Shown here: one piece after another, positions 19,827 through 29,833 of the stretch
How the letters are laid out: every line of letters begins with the position of its first letter
Numbering within the stretch: the stretch's first letter is position 1
DNA from: a virus
IMG/VR virus record: IMGVR_UViG_3300023202_000137
Coordinates: 26,758-90,757 of that record
Length of the DNA: 64,000 nt
Strand: one strand, 5' to 3'
Notes under the pieces: model-generated
What the model was told of the DNA's origin: nothing
Seen by the model: the letters and a program-made list of their open reading frames with translations, nothing else
Databases searched by the model: none
Made by a program: the position numbers and the translations under genes

Positions 19827-21425
19827 CTACGCTGCCAGTTCCTCTTCCAGCGCACGCGTGTCTTGCGTCACCTTCAGGATGATGAACTCGGCAGGTTTGT
19901 TGGTTGCCAGCCCAATCCGCACGATGAGCTGCCCAGCAAACACTACCGAGGGTGGGTTGAGTGCGTCCGACGCGTCGATGAAGAACGCGGTTGCTGGATT
20001 CTGAGATCTGAATGCTTCGTTCCTCATCTGGGTAATGAGAAACGCGTTGATGGTACGTCGCACCCGCGCTCGCAATTGGGGGGTATTGTTCGAATGCTTC
20101 GCGAACAGAAGCCCAATCTTCAACGAGGTCTCGATGAAGATCACCCCACGCCGCTCTGCTACGAACGGGAAGTTGCCATCCCCCTTGAGGGTACGGCTCC
20201 CGTCGATGTGACGAGGGGTTCCAGTGAACGCAGTCAGAGGGTTGATGCGCTTGGGAAACACGATGTCCCGCTTGCGCTCGTCGAGAACTTGGTGTTGGGG
20301 CAACCCGTCCGGGTCGTCCTCGAATCCGACGCAGCCAAAGATGACTCCACGCTCGACACCCGCAGGGGACTGGTAGATTCCACCGGGTCGGCTGCTGTCG
20401 ATTCGAGCATACACCCCGACAATGAAGCCGGAAGGCGGTACCGTGATGGTATCACCGCTACCGAAGACTGCAGCGCTCGGATTGACGATCTTGATTCGAG
20501 GCCAGTAGATGGCCGCGAACTCACTTAGCCCAAGCAACGCAGCGGTGCTCTCGACGTAGGTTACGATAGCTGCAGCGTTGTTCGACGAGGGCGGGTCGAG
20601 TACCGCAAAGCAAGTTCCGTCGCGAGTCACTTCGCAATAGGTCACCATCGCGTTGTGGATGCCGGAGGTCGCTTGCCCGGGGACGATCAGCAGGGTGATG
20701 TTCTGGATGATATCCAGAGCACGTAGCCCAGTTGGACCTGCGTCGCTTCCGATGAAGTCGGTATCAGCGAGGGAAGTCAGGCCGTCGTCGCCACTGGTCA
20801 GGGAAAAGGTACCGTTGACCGGTCGGTCTTGCAGCGGGGTTCCCCCTGCGTCTTGATCGGTCACACTGATCAGGTTCGATCCTGCGCTGCCATTGACGAC
20901 AGTCTCGGCAAAGTTTGGAGACGTGTCATCCATGGTGAGGTTCGGGAAAACCTCTACGACAATACCGCCGTCGATCACGAACAGGTCGAACTCGGCAGCT
21001 TCACCGCTGGTTGCATCTGCGACTTCAACGTCGAGATCGTTAGCGTATGCCCCTGGTGTTTTGCCATCCACCTGCAGGGTGTTGTTCGGTCCGGTTGCGT
21101 CCTGGAGTGTGACTGTACCTACAACTGCGGTTGCGGTTCCGGGGTCTGTGATGTCCGTGTAGTGAACCGTACGAACGATCCACATCTGCTCGCCGCCATT
21201 GAGAAAAAACCCAAAGGCTGCCGTGGCTACGTCAGACGCTGTCGTGAAGCCACCAAAGACACGAACGTACTCATCGAAGCTGGTCACGAGTGTTGGAACA
21301 CCAACCGGACCTCGCTCCGTGATACCAACGACACCGACCACCGCAGTTGGCAGTGCAGGGATCGAACGGATCCGAGGTTCTTCTTCGATAATTACGATCT
21401 TGGAAGCGAGCAGTGCTTGGGACAT
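19827..21425 (-). CDS. Contractile tail sheath protein
   Basis: G.TERGPVG.P.LVTSFDEY...FGG, FA.LDPP, AAIYWP, PPSG...G.YAR.D, KPAEFI. Confidence 0.96.
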   Translation of the reverse strand: MSQALLASKIVIIEEEPRIRSIPALPTAVVGVVGITERGPVGVPTLVTSFDEYVRVFGGFTTASDVATAAFGFFLNGGEQMWIVRTVHYTDITDPGTATAVVGTVTLQDATGPNNTLQVDGKTPGAYANDLDVEVADATSGEAAEFDLFVIDGGIVVEVFPNLTMDDTSPNFAETVVNGSAGSNLISVTDQDAGGTPLQDRPVNGTFSLTSGDDGLTSLADTDFIGSDAGPTGLRALDIIQNITLLIVPGQATSGIHNAMVTYCEVTRDGTCFAVLDPPSSNNAAAIVTYVESTAALLGLSEFAAIYWPRIKIVNPSAAVFGSGDTITVPPSGFIVGVYARIDSSRPGGIYQSPAGVERGVIFGCVGFEDDPDGLPQHQVLDERKRDIVFPKRINPLTAFTGTPRHIDGSRTLKGDGNFPFVAERRGVIFIETSLKIGLLFAKHSNNTPQLRARVRRTINAFLITQMRNEAFRSQNPATAFFIDASDALNPPSVVFAGQLIVRIGLATNKPAEFIILKVTQDTRALEEELAA

Positions 21426-21448
21426 TTTCGATTGGCCTCCGGTTCAGG

Positions 21449-21799
21449 TTAGCTCGACGCCTTGTCTGATTCCGCTTCGGCCCTGTCACGCCGCTTCGGT
21501 TGCGCTGCTGGTTTCGGCTTCGCCTTCTTTTTCCGCAGAGCTTTCATGTCGAGTTGCTTTTTGACTTCCGGGGCCTCCATTGCGGCCTCGGGAACGGAGA
21601 CTTCTGCCCCTGGGGGGAACCAAATCGCGCTTCCGTAATAACGATCAACGCGCCTGGTCTTCCGCTCGCCCGTACCTGTGTCATGGTGTAGCAGAGTTTG
21701 CTTGCCCTTGACTACTGGCAACTTCGCCTTCTCGCAGAGATCCGCTGGTATATTGCAGACGATCATATGGTTGGTCGTGTTTTCCAGCGTCTCACTCAT
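21449..21799 (-). CDS. Hypothetical protein
   Basis: 116-aa ORF with RBS (GAGGT), between neck and sheath genes. Confidence 0.6.
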   Translation of the reverse strand: MSETLENTTNHMIVCNIPADLCEKAKLPVVKGKQTLLHHDTGTGERKTRRVDRYYGSAIWFPPGAEVSVPEAAMEAPEVKKQLDMKALRKKKAKPKPAAQPKRRDRAEAESDKASS

Positions 21800-21806
21800 T
21801 GCTACC

Positions 21807-24707
21807 TCACAAGGGCTCGATTTCTAGCGTCACGCATCCGTCGTCCGCGTCCAGCTCGAACGACTCTTGCTCCACTGGTAGTTCTATATCAAACCCACGG
21901 ATTACGAAAGAACCCTCAAAATGCCGCACGTTTGACCGGTTGGCCCTTGTGCGCACTGAGAAATCTGCCGTCACGTCCATCTCAAACCTGCAGACCCCGG
22001 CCCCAGGGTCATCTGGGTCGCGGTCCATCTCAAAAAACTTGTTCAGCTCAAAGAATCGCTCGATTTCCCCCAGCATGTCCAGCATTACAGCCGTTTTGTC
22101 TGCAGCCCCAACGAGGGTGAAAGTGAGGTCTACAGTACGGGGCACCTGGGGTGCCGAGAATTTTCTGCCGTCCTGTAGGTATTGTCGCTCGTTTACAGAG
22201 TAGAAGCGGTTGTTGGTCAGGTCTGGCCCTTGGACGATTACCGAGGGCAGCTCGGAGAGTTTGATCTGATCTAGCATGTCGTCCACGGTGTCGTCGTAGT
22301 CGATGTCCACGGTCATGCTGACGTTGGGATGAAACTGACGCTTGATGGTTCGCAGTAGCTCACGCACCCCTCGCTTCAGATTGGTAGAGGCTCCAAACTT
22401 TGGGCGTCGGTACTGGAAAACTTCAGGCAAAACGAGCACGTCACCAACTCCGCTCAACTCCCCCCCTGTCTCGGGGTCAAGTGCGACGATTCTGATATCC
22501 GATGGAGGGATTGGACTCACATCAGCATTGCCTCGGTAGGGCGGGACAACTGCGGTCATCAGTTCTTCAGTGAGCACACGTACGTCGGGGGAGGGCTCAC
22601 CATTGAACTCTACTCGCATTGTTCGAGGGTAGGTGCCGCCAACAAAACCAGGGGGCGGATCTGGTGGAAGACGAAACCCAGACCCAGTAAATACAGCAAG
22701 GTACCCACCGCTTGCAGGTGAGCCAACCTCACCCGTTGGGTTGTTTGGAACATCTACGCCCCCAGGAGGAACCGTGATGATCGGCAAAACCGAAGGCGCG
22801 ACGAATATCGACGTGCCTTGGATGATCTGACCAGAAAGCGCGAGCGGTAGACGATTCAGAGTCGTGGCGACAAAGGCTGACACTGCATCAATCTGCCCCT
22901 GAACAGAGGGCAGCAAGCGAAGACTTCCAGACAGTGCGCTTTGTCCGTCGATGTTTCCGCCGTCAATGGCCTCGGTCTCAACCATTGTACCTTGGAAAGT
23001 CGACACACCGTCGAGGGAGGCCTGCATTTGAACGATCTCCGCAAGCAGTCCCTCAAACCCCCCAGTGCTCCCAAGGGCTCCCTGCACCGCGAGTATCAGT
23101 CCAACCATGGCGTCGAGCGATGAGTTGCCGTCAACCTGTCCCTGAATAGCTCGTGCAACTGCGATGTCTGCCTGCAGCTCGCTCGTTGCTTCGATGGATC
23201 CAGGGGCGAGACTCAACTGGGGAAACGAAAGCGTACCGCTCAAATCCCCAGAGCCAACAATCGGGAAGGGGATCAGAACCATCGGGGTAAGGTTCATGTT
23301 TGCTTGAAGAGAAGAGACCCCCTCGATATCGGCAGTGATATCGTTTTCGCTTAGCAGCATGTTCCCTGCGATGTCCGATTGACCATCGACTGATCCATCG
23401 ACATTCAGCAGTGCTTCGAGTCGTGCTGCCTCTAGCGTTGAGGTCCCATCCATCTGCGCATTGATGTTGTCGAACGTGCGCAGGTTTGCGTCGAGGCTCC
23501 CAGATCCAGACACTAGCGCGCTCATGGCGAGGGGCGTTCTCTGCAGGGATGGGGCCCGTATGTCGCTGAACCCTACAACCTCACTTTCCATAACCGGGCC
23601 AGGGACGTAGGTCACATCGAGTCGGGGTTCTGCAAAGCTCAGGTTGTCCCAGGCTGCGAGCTGACGGTTACCAGAGGAACCACCCTGGACAATCAAAAAC
23701 ATTGGGTCGTTCGCAACGTAGTCGATGCTAGATGCGGACTTTTGGATCAGAGCACTGATGTCCGGGGAGACGAGTTGAGTCCCAGGTACAGTGACTCCTA
23801 TGTCCCAAGGGACCAGGGGTCCGTTGTTGATAGCTGGGCTCCAAACCTCGACCGCGAGATCAGCGCCTGCTGGGTAGTTCTGGAAGTCAACACCTTCCCC
23901 GGTACCGAAGTGCCACATCTCACCCTCGTCTTCGGGTGTAATGATGAATCCACTTCCTATTTCTGCTTGGATAAAATCAGTCGCGTTTGCCCTGAACGTT
24001 CCCCGGAGGACGATCACAATGCTCTGATTCTGAAGAAGCTCGATTCGATTGACTCCAGAGAAATCGAATCGAATGGCTGTCGAGCCCGTTGGAACAGTGT
24101 TTGCGGGCAGTGCCAGGCTGGTGGCCAATGGAGCACCAGTCGGAGATCCTTCAAGCGGTCCTGGTGTGAGGTCTGCAGCATAGATCTCTAGGAACAAATC
24201 TCCAGATGGGTTTCCTATTCGGCGAAGGTCCATGTCTACAGACCCAAGCTGAAAGGACTGCTCCAAAGTAATCCGCTGCCCAAGCTGTTGGTGTCGTGCA
24301 GGAGAGGAGTCGCGTCGAAGCTCCCAGAACTGGCTAGAAGCGTCTCGTGTGTCTTGCTGACTAACATCGCTCACGTCGTTTACGTTGAGCTTCATGTCGC
24401 CAAAGATCTGTCGGCTCCAACCAGTCCTGTTCAGCGGATCCCATTTCCCATCCGGCAGAGCGAGTGCAATGTTTGCGTTTTGAGTGCCTAACCTGTTTGC
24501 AGTGGCAACCATGGTGAGTGTTGCGCTTTGGATGTGTGCGGCTCGTGGGATATTTAGACCGCGAAATACCATCGCTGCGTTGGAGGTGATTCCAAAGAAA
24601 ACGTTTCCAACTGCTAGGTTAACGGCAGCACTGTTTTGCCTGTTCTGGAACCCGATAGACGATGTGTCGTCCGTAGAGCGGGAGATCGTACTGAATACGC
24701 TGGTCAT
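21807..24707 (-). CDS. Large neck/tail-terminator-like protein with N-terminal adhesin-like domains and a repeat spacer
   Basis: C-terminal about 190 aa in tail-terminator position (LPSVIVQGP, TVDLTFTL), preceded by an IPT/TIG-like segment (GSGFR...V.F.G...V.V......P) and about 25-aa G.S.L.A.L repeats. N-terminus has FRGLNIP.AAHIQSATL...PRLDVTY. Confidence 0.65.
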   Translation of the reverse strand: MTSVFSTISRSTDDTSSIGFQNRQNSAAVNLAVGNVFFGITSNAAMVFRGLNIPRAAHIQSATLTMVATANRLGTQNANIALALPDGKWDPLNRTGWSRQIFGDMKLNVNDVSDVSQQDTRDASSQFWELRRDSSPARHQQLGQRITLEQSFQLGSVDMDLRRIGNPSGDLFLEIYAADLTPGPLEGSPTGAPLATSLALPANTVPTGSTAIRFDFSGVNRIELLQNQSIVIVLRGTFRANATDFIQAEIGSGFIITPEDEGEMWHFGTGEGVDFQNYPAGADLAVEVWSPAINNGPLVPWDIGVTVPGTQLVSPDISALIQKSASSIDYVANDPMFLIVQGGSSGNRQLAAWDNLSFAEPRLDVTYVPGPVMESEVVGFSDIRAPSLQRTPLAMSALVSGSGSLDANLRTFDNINAQMDGTSTLEAARLEALLNVDGSVDGQSDIAGNMLLSENDITADIEGVSSLQANMNLTPMVLIPFPIVGSGDLSGTLSFPQLSLAPGSIEATSELQADIAVARAIQGQVDGNSSLDAMVGLILAVQGALGSTGGFEGLLAEIVQMQASLDGVSTFQGTMVETEAIDGGNIDGQSALSGSLRLLPSVQGQIDAVSAFVATTLNRLPLALSGQIIQGTSIFVAPSVLPIITVPPGGVDVPNNPTGEVGSPASGGYLAVFTGSGFRLPPDPPPGFVGGTYPRTMRVEFNGEPSPDVRVLTEELMTAVVPPYRGNADVSPIPPSDIRIVALDPETGGELSGVGDVLVLPEVFQYRRPKFGASTNLKRGVRELLRTIKRQFHPNVSMTVDIDYDDTVDDMLDQIKLSELPSVIVQGPDLTNNRFYSVNERQYLQDGRKFSAPQVPRTVDLTFTLVGAADKTAVMLDMLGEIERFFELNKFFEMDRDPDDPGAGVCRFEMDVTADFSVRTRANRSNVRHFEGSFVIRGFDIELPVEQESFELDADDGCVTLEIEPL

Positions 24708-25144
24708 CTAAGGTGAATCCTCACCGTTTGGATTTCAGATTCAGGATCTACAGACTTCGCCTCAAACCCTTCTGCGGCAATCTCCATCTCCGCTTCGACT
24801 TCCGGGGACAGCGGAAACGAGGGGACAAGATCTCCCAGCAACTCTGCAACTCCGTCCTCCAGGCTTTGAAACTCTACGTTGTGGAACAACCCACCGCCGT
24901 AGATGTATCGAGTGACCGGATGAGCGATGGCGAAGAGGATTGCGTAGTCCTCATAAGGGGTTTCCGTCAGGTCCGGGTGTAGCTTCATCCATTTCTGGAT
25001 GATTGCTCCATAGCACTTTGCGATGTCCGACTGCTGATTGGTCGGCTCATAGGGCATCGTACGTATGTCGATCAACAAGACTGGCGTGGGCGTGTCCGTG
25101 AGCCCAAGCGTCTCTTCCAGAACTGGGAGCGACGTAAAAGACAT
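24704..25144 (-). CDS. Hypothetical protein
   Basis: 146-aa ORF, overlaps the next gene by 4 nt. Confidence 0.55.
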   Translation of the reverse strand: MSFTSLPVLEETLGLTDTPTPVLLIDIRTMPYEPTNQQSDIAKCYGAIIQKWMKLHPDLTETPYEDYAILFAIAHPVTRYIYGGGLFHNVEFQSLEDGVAELLGDLVPSFPLSPEVEAEMEIAAEGFEAKSVDPESEIQTVRIHLR

Positions 25145-25171
25145 GCCCCCATACTACCGGGGTGGTGGTGG

Positions 25172-25573
25172 TTAATCGAGACTGATGGTGATTTCACCAG
25201 CCGCAAATCGAGGCTGGTCGCCATCCCCGACAGTGCGAGCCACCGTCAGGGCGCCAGATCCCAAAAGGTTTCCCCCAGCAAGTTGGTCGAAAATGCCAAA
25301 GTGGGTGATATTCCCCCAGCTACCAGAAGCCAAAGGGAAGGTGATGTCGTTCGCGTTGTTCTTGCTTCCCCCTGCAGCAGCAGGCCACTGGGTCAGGTTG
25401 TTGGTCACCTGCACGCGGGCGTAGCCGTTACCTACTGGTTCTGCTAGGCCTGCTCCGTCGTCCCCTGGGTCTGCGGTGGACAACCCGATGTAGAGATCTC
25501 CAGGAGCGGAGTAGGCTGAGTTGCCAAACACATGGTCCAGCAGCTCGTTTTCTAGGAAGTCGGAAAAACTCAT
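25172..25573 (-). CDS. Small virion fibre-associated protein (gp80-like), paralog of 7944..8354
   Basis: MSFSDFLENELLDHVF...EPVGNGYARV...FPLASGSWG.ITHFGIFD...GGNLL..GAL. Confidence 0.8.
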   Translation of the reverse strand: MSFSDFLENELLDHVFGNSAYSAPGDLYIGLSTADPGDDGAGLAEPVGNGYARVQVTNNLTQWPAAAGGSKNNANDITFPLASGSWGNITHFGIFDQLAGGNLLGSGALTVARTVGDGDQPRFAAGEITISLD

Positions 25574-26148
25574 GGTTTCAGCACCTTGTTGATCGTTTTT
25601 TCTACCCTGCCCTTCGCGCCTTTACGAAGCATTTCTGCCACCGGCTGAAAGGACGGTCGTGCTGGTACTCTTACCACCAACGTCGAGCGTACGGAAGATG
25701 GCGGGAGTAGCCCAGACTGACGAAACATCAGGCCGAGAAATCGACTCATCCCAGGGTTGAGCCGTATCACGCTCGTTGCCCCAAACTCCTGCACCGCGGC
25801 GACATTCACCAGGTCGTCACCATCCCGGTTTCGAGCAGAGCGCAGGACACCAACAAAGATCCCATCCGGTCGCTCGACCACTTTCAAAGAGCGCACGAGA
25901 TCTCCACCAGCGTTGAGTGGCTTCGTGCCCCTGAACCCACGGAAGCGACGAGTTGCAATGGTGAAGGGGGACAGCGGCTTGAATCTCTTTCCCCCGGGAG
26001 CGCCGCTTCGGATCCCTTTGACCAGCTCTGTACGGAACAGTTGGGCCTCGCGGCGTAGTGCAACCTTCAAAGCCAGGTCAGTAGTTGCTGGTCCGGTACG
26101 TAGGAAAAAGTCTGCTGCTTTCCATTGCCCGACGCGTACAATGCTCAA
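25570..26148 (-). CDS. Virion morphogenesis / tail completion protein
   Basis: F.PLSP.TI..R....KPL...GDL..S...A.VQEFG...VPARPSF. Confidence 0.8.
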   Translation of the reverse strand: MSIVRVGQWKAADFFLRTGPATTDLALKVALRREAQLFRTELVKGIRSGAPGGKRFKPLSPFTIATRRFRGFRGTKPLNAGGDLVRSLKVVERPDGIFVGVLRSARNRDGDDLVNVAAVQEFGATSVIRLNPGMSRFLGLMFRQSGLLPPSSVRSTLVVRVPARPSFQPVAEMLRKGAKGRVEKTINKVLKP

Positions 26149-26681
26149 GTTTGGACTCCCTGCTTACGCTCTCCCAGAGTACATAGTAGCAGGTTTCTAG
26201 TGGGGTGTGTGAGGTCGAGCCCAAAACCGATGGGTCTGGCTTCCGCGATGTAGAGCCCTGGAGGATTCTCGACCGCCTGCACGAGCTTTCCTTGTCGAGT
26301 GTAGATGGCGTTGAGTCTATCTCCCACCCCTATAAGCGAGTCGCCCGTGGTCGCGTCGACGAGACCGTACTTCTCCAAGTCTTTGTAATGGAACACCAGG
26401 CCCATGTTGGTGTCGGGGGCGTTGCCCGAGAGAAACTGGTTGAGCGCCTCGAACACGTCAGATTCGATCTGACACGGGATGCGGACCAGGGCTTTCTCGG
26501 CTCGTGTGGATGGTCCGACCTGTTGGTCCAGGTTCTCGATGATCGTGAGCGGTTCTCGGAAGTCTGCATCGTAGCCGCTTTCGAGCGGACCAGCGCCGTC
26601 GGGGTCTTCGGCTGTTGCTTCAGTGTCGAGCTGCGCAATCTCAGCCAAAAACTTGAAGATGAGGTCACCACGAAACGGCAC
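26145..26681 (-). CDS. Putative head closure protein
   Basis: Position after the adaptor; GYDADFREP and PCQIE motifs. Confidence 0.6.
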   Translation of the reverse strand: MPFRGDLIFKFLAEIAQLDTEATAEDPDGAGPLESGYDADFREPLTIIENLDQQVGPSTRAEKALVRIPCQIESDVFEALNQFLSGNAPDTNMGLVFHYKDLEKYGLVDATTGDSLIGVGDRLNAIYTRQGKLVQAVENPPGLYIAEARPIGFGLDLTHPTRNLLLCTLGERKQGVQT

Positions 26682-27787
26682 TACGCAGCCCCCAGCTTTG
26701 GCCCCCTGGCGAACATCAGCAGGATGTTATCGATCTCTGGATCTCCGGTGAATGGTCCCGGGGCTGCGCCGCCAAGGTTGTTCGTGTTCACCGCGAACTC
26801 AACCTCTTGATCGCGAGTTTTCAATCGCTTGATGGGCCCGCCTGGGACCGGATCGTCTCCTGCGGTAAATGCTTTTCCAATCAGTCGCTTCCCAACCAGC
26901 AATGTTGCGGCTCTACGGATCAAACGAGGCACATCTCCCATTGGTGACCCATCGGGCTCGGTGTACCCAAACGCGCCAGCAATTCGAATGTTCTGTTGCC
27001 CAAAGGGGAAAATGAAATTGGGAAACAGTGGTCGTTTGTCTTGGTTGGTGTTGCCGAGATAGTCCGTTAACCGAAAGAAACTGATCATCGGATTCTCGCG
27101 GTCGTCTGGATCTGAAAGGTTCTGGGTCAGATGACGGTTGTAGATGCTGATATCCTCTAGGTCTGTTGCGGTGGACACCAACTCGGAGCCAAACAGGTTC
27201 GATAGAATCTCCAGAGAACTCAAGCCAACGATAGGCTCGTCGAGAAGAAGGTCTGGGCTGTCTCTGCCGTCTACTGCAATCAGTTTTTGCGTCACCCCGA
27301 AGACTCGATTGGTGAAGTTTTCGATCATCTGGGAGGCAACAGCAATGGATTGCAGTACGCGTGCGTCGTCGGCCTGCGTCTCGGGTAAGTCCTCTGCACG
27401 AATCTCACTGATGAGCGCGTAGCATCGTTGGCCGAAAGGCTTGACCGTACCTTGCTCAATAACGTCGAACTCTTGCTCGAAGACTTGCTCAGGGTCTCCG
27501 TTGTTGACCACCAGAAACCACTTGATGCTGTGGAGTCCTTTTGGCTCCGCGCCGTCAACGGTGTAGTTCGCGATGAAAGCACCCTCGCCGATCTTGTGGT
27601 TCACGAGATCTACGGGCTCGCGGTTTGGTGCAGGAGTCGGGAACACCTGGACCGGTGCCCCGCCCGTACGGTTGAAGATTTGAAACTCTAAGGAGAATGG
27701 ATCTTGGAGTATTCCAGCAGACTGGATGAAAGCACTCAGCACCGGGTTGGTAGTTGAGTTGGCTTCATTCTGTGCAAGGAATCTCAC
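26681..27787 (-). CDS. Head-tail adaptor with N-terminal Ig-like domain
   Basis: Y..ISEIR...I..AS..IE.FT.R.F, G.FGY, VP..I..A...L pattern. Confidence 0.7.
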   Translation of the reverse strand: MRFLAQNEANSTTNPVLSAFIQSAGILQDPFSLEFQIFNRTGGAPVQVFPTPAPNREPVDLVNHKIGEGAFIANYTVDGAEPKGLHSIKWFLVVNNGDPEQVFEQEFDVIEQGTVKPFGQRCYALISEIRAEDLPETQADDARVLQSIAVASQMIENFTNRVFGVTQKLIAVDGRDSPDLLLDEPIVGLSSLEILSNLFGSELVSTATDLEDISIYNRHLTQNLSDPDDRENPMISFFRLTDYLGNTNQDKRPLFPNFIFPFGQQNIRIAGAFGYTEPDGSPMGDVPRLIRRAATLLVGKRLIGKAFTAGDDPVPGGPIKRLKTRDQEVEFAVNTNNLGGAAPGPFTGDPEIDNILLMFARGPKLGAA

Positions 27788-28044
27788 CGTCGTTTGCCGT
27801 TCCCGTTTTTCCGATGCTCGCCCGCGAGCTTTTTGAGTGCTCGCATTTCGTCATCGTATCGCCTGCACTCGCTGTTTGTGAACTCTACAGCATACGTGTC
27901 CCATTGGCGATTAGGATCCTCAAACGTAAACTCCCAGTCGTGCCGCCCCTTGCGAAGTGCTCGAACGATTCGCAGACCGCGTAGCTTGAGGTACGCCGCC
28001 AGTGCGAGGTCGCGAGTGATACGCAGGGCCTGGTCGCCCTGCAT
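27784..28044 (-). CDS. DUF5659-like small protein
   Basis: TRDLALAAYL...G...W.F.F.D pattern. Confidence 0.6.
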   Translation of the reverse strand: MQGDQALRITRDLALAAYLKLRGLRIVRALRKGRHDWEFTFEDPNRQWDTYAVEFTNSECRRYDDEMRALKKLAGEHRKNGNGKRR

Positions 28045-28047
28045 GGG

Positions 28048-28755
28048 TTATCCCTTGGCCAGTTTCTTGGCGTGCTTCTGGATGTCTTTCACCTTGGAGC
28101 CGACCAGCTCTTGCAGGGCCGCGCTGTCTGCCTCGGCAACAGCTTGGTAGCTGGTGAACCCTGCCTCGTAGAGCTTCTGCTCGGTAGCCTGGCCAACGCC
28201 GTCGATCTTTTGCAGGTCTTCGGGCGTCGGGGAGTCTCCCGGAGGGGGGGGGAGATCATCCGTGGGGGCCCCTGGAGGGGCTGGGGGGAGGTCGTCGCTA
28301 GCTCCGGGGTCTTCTGGGGGAGGGGGATCCCCTTGGCCGCCCTGGGGCAGCTCGTTGGTGGTGAGGGCTCCTGGGTCGCTCGGATCGAGTACCCCCACCT
28401 GCTCTGCAGGGCTGCGCATGCTGGCTGCCTCTGCAGCTCGGGCACGAGCATCCTCAGTCATGTCCGCAGCGGCATCGAGGGGGTCAGCAGGGATCCCGCG
28501 CTTGAGCTTCGCTCGCTTCTCTGCCTCCACGACGCGTCGAGCCTCTGCCTCGCTGCAAACGTCGAAGACCATCGGAGAATCCGGGTCGTTGTTGTTCTGG
28601 TGAACGGTCTTGAGGTAGGCGGCTGCTGCTGCGTCTACCCGATACCAGCCGTTCTGGACCTGGAACTTGATTCCAAACACCGTGTAGCGTTTGACCTTGT
28701 AGCCGCGCTTTGGATTGAAAGGCTTGATTCGAGCCAAGTAAGTTTGCTGCGCCAT
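28048..28755 (-). CDS. Protein with Pro-rich linker and C-terminal helix-hairpin-helix domain
   Basis: DLQKIDGVGQATEQKLYEAGFTSYQAVAEAD; DDLPPxPPG repeats. Confidence 0.75.
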   Translation of the reverse strand: MAQQTYLARIKPFNPKRGYKVKRYTVFGIKFQVQNGWYRVDAAAAAYLKTVHQNNNDPDSPMVFDVCSEAEARRVVEAEKRAKLKRGIPADPLDAAADMTEDARARAAEAASMRSPAEQVGVLDPSDPGALTTNELPQGGQGDPPPPEDPGASDDLPPAPPGAPTDDLPPPPGDSPTPEDLQKIDGVGQATEQKLYEAGFTSYQAVAEADSAALQELVGSKVKDIQKHAKKLAKG

Positions 28756-28773
28756 GTTGGGAGTCTCCTTTTA

Positions 28774-28784
28774 CCGTACCTGTT
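28774..28784 (-). promoter_or_regulatory. Intergenic motif AACAGGTACGG, copy 3
   Basis: Overlaps the TAA of 28783..29364 and precedes the AAGGAG RBS of the next gene. Confidence 0.5.
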
Positions 28785-29364
28785 AGACCGCAGGGACAGT
28801 CAACGGCGTGAAGGTGAGTGAGTCTGCAGCCTTCAACGCTGCGATGTCCAATGCGATTGCTTGCAGGGACTGTACGATCCAATCGTACGTCCCATCAGGT
28901 CCGATTCCTGGGCTCGGTACGCCGCCGTCATCTTCTGCGGGGCGAACGTTTCCGAATGCTGGATTGCGGTGCATGTGTTTTCCGCCCGACATAAAGTCGA
29001 CGGGCACCTTTGCAGCAGTGTGGGTTTGCGAAAACCCTGAACCAGCAACGTTGATGTCTGCCAGATCTGCTGCCACGTCGAGCATGAGCTGGCGCATCCC
29101 ATCAGGGCCGCCAGCCTGGAGGGCTCCACCACCCTGTCCGTAGTCCGTGTCACGGGTGGGAACCTTGTTGAGTCGTGCTGCCGTGAGTCGAAGAGTGACG
29201 CCGAATGCTCCCTCGACGTTCGCTGCATTGAGGTCGGTGGCTATGTCTAGGATGGTCTGTTTGATGCCAGCCTCATCACCGATCTGGGCAACAGCGGTTT
29301 TGATGCGAGCCCCACCCGTGCCCATGCCGCGAGCGTTGCGTACGAGAGATCCAATGTCGGTCAT
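28783..29364 (-). CDS. Putative capsid decoration protein with three internal repeats
   Basis: Three GG...(L/I)xDIAxDL-like repeats; close to the capsid gene. Confidence 0.55.
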   Translation of the reverse strand: MTDIGSLVRNARGMGTGGARIKTAVAQIGDEAGIKQTILDIATDLNAANVEGAFGVTLRLTAARLNKVPTRDTDYGQGGGALQAGGPDGMRQLMLDVAADLADINVAGSGFSQTHTAAKVPVDFMSGGKHMHRNPAFGNVRPAEDDGGVPSPGIGPDGTYDWIVQSLQAIALDIAALKAADSLTFTPLTVPAV

Positions 29365-29378
29365 ATTGACTCCGTAAC

Positions 29379-29410
29379 AAAAAACGCCGGGGGGCGCGAG
29401 CCCCCCAACG
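29379..29410 (-). terminator. Rho-independent terminator after the capsid/decoration genes
   Basis: Minus strand CGTTGGGGGG-CTCGCG-CCCCCCGGCG followed by TTTTTT. Confidence 0.8.
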
Positions 29411-29418
29411 AGTAGGGC

Positions 29419-29757
29419 CTAGCGGTACTCGACCAACAGGTCGAAGGTCACGCCGCTGAGGTTGGTTGTGTTCGGCACCTCCTCATCAGCAGCGTTGATA
29501 CCCGCAGTCCTGGTGACCAACAGTGCGTCGTTGGCGGAATCATAGATGGGAGTAAACCCACCACAGAGACCGACACGGCTCACCGAAATGATGTCCACCC
29601 CTTCCTTATCCAGCGCAGATGCTATCAGCGCTGCAAATCCGGTGCTCCCACCGGTAGGGTAAGATCCGTCGCCCGCAAACTGCACGTGCGCCTTGAAGCG
29701 AGGTTCGAGCGTCTTCGCGCCCTTCTCACTTACTGAAGTAATTGCTCCCAAAGCCAT
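29419..29757 (-). CDS. Putative head decoration/cement protein
   Basis: D.SYPTGG and EVPNTTNLS.V motifs, directly after the major capsid gene. Confidence 0.65.
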   Translation of the reverse strand: MALGAITSVSEKGAKTLEPRFKAHVQFAGDGSYPTGGSTGFAALIASALDKEGVDIISVSRVGLCGGFTPIYDSANDALLVTRTAGINAADEEVPNTTNLSGVTFDLLVEYR

Positions 29758-29833
29758 AATGCTTGCTCCTAGTTAAATCGGTTCGAGGTTAAAAAGCCTG
29801 CCCAAAAATCCTAGCTGCTCAGTTCCAGAGGAA

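Noticed and set aside
10509-21425. Extracellular contractile injection system (PVC/Afp) or tailocin
   Set aside because: Sheath, tube and baseplate resemble CIS parts, but portal, capsid, protease, MuF and terminase are present, so this is a phage.
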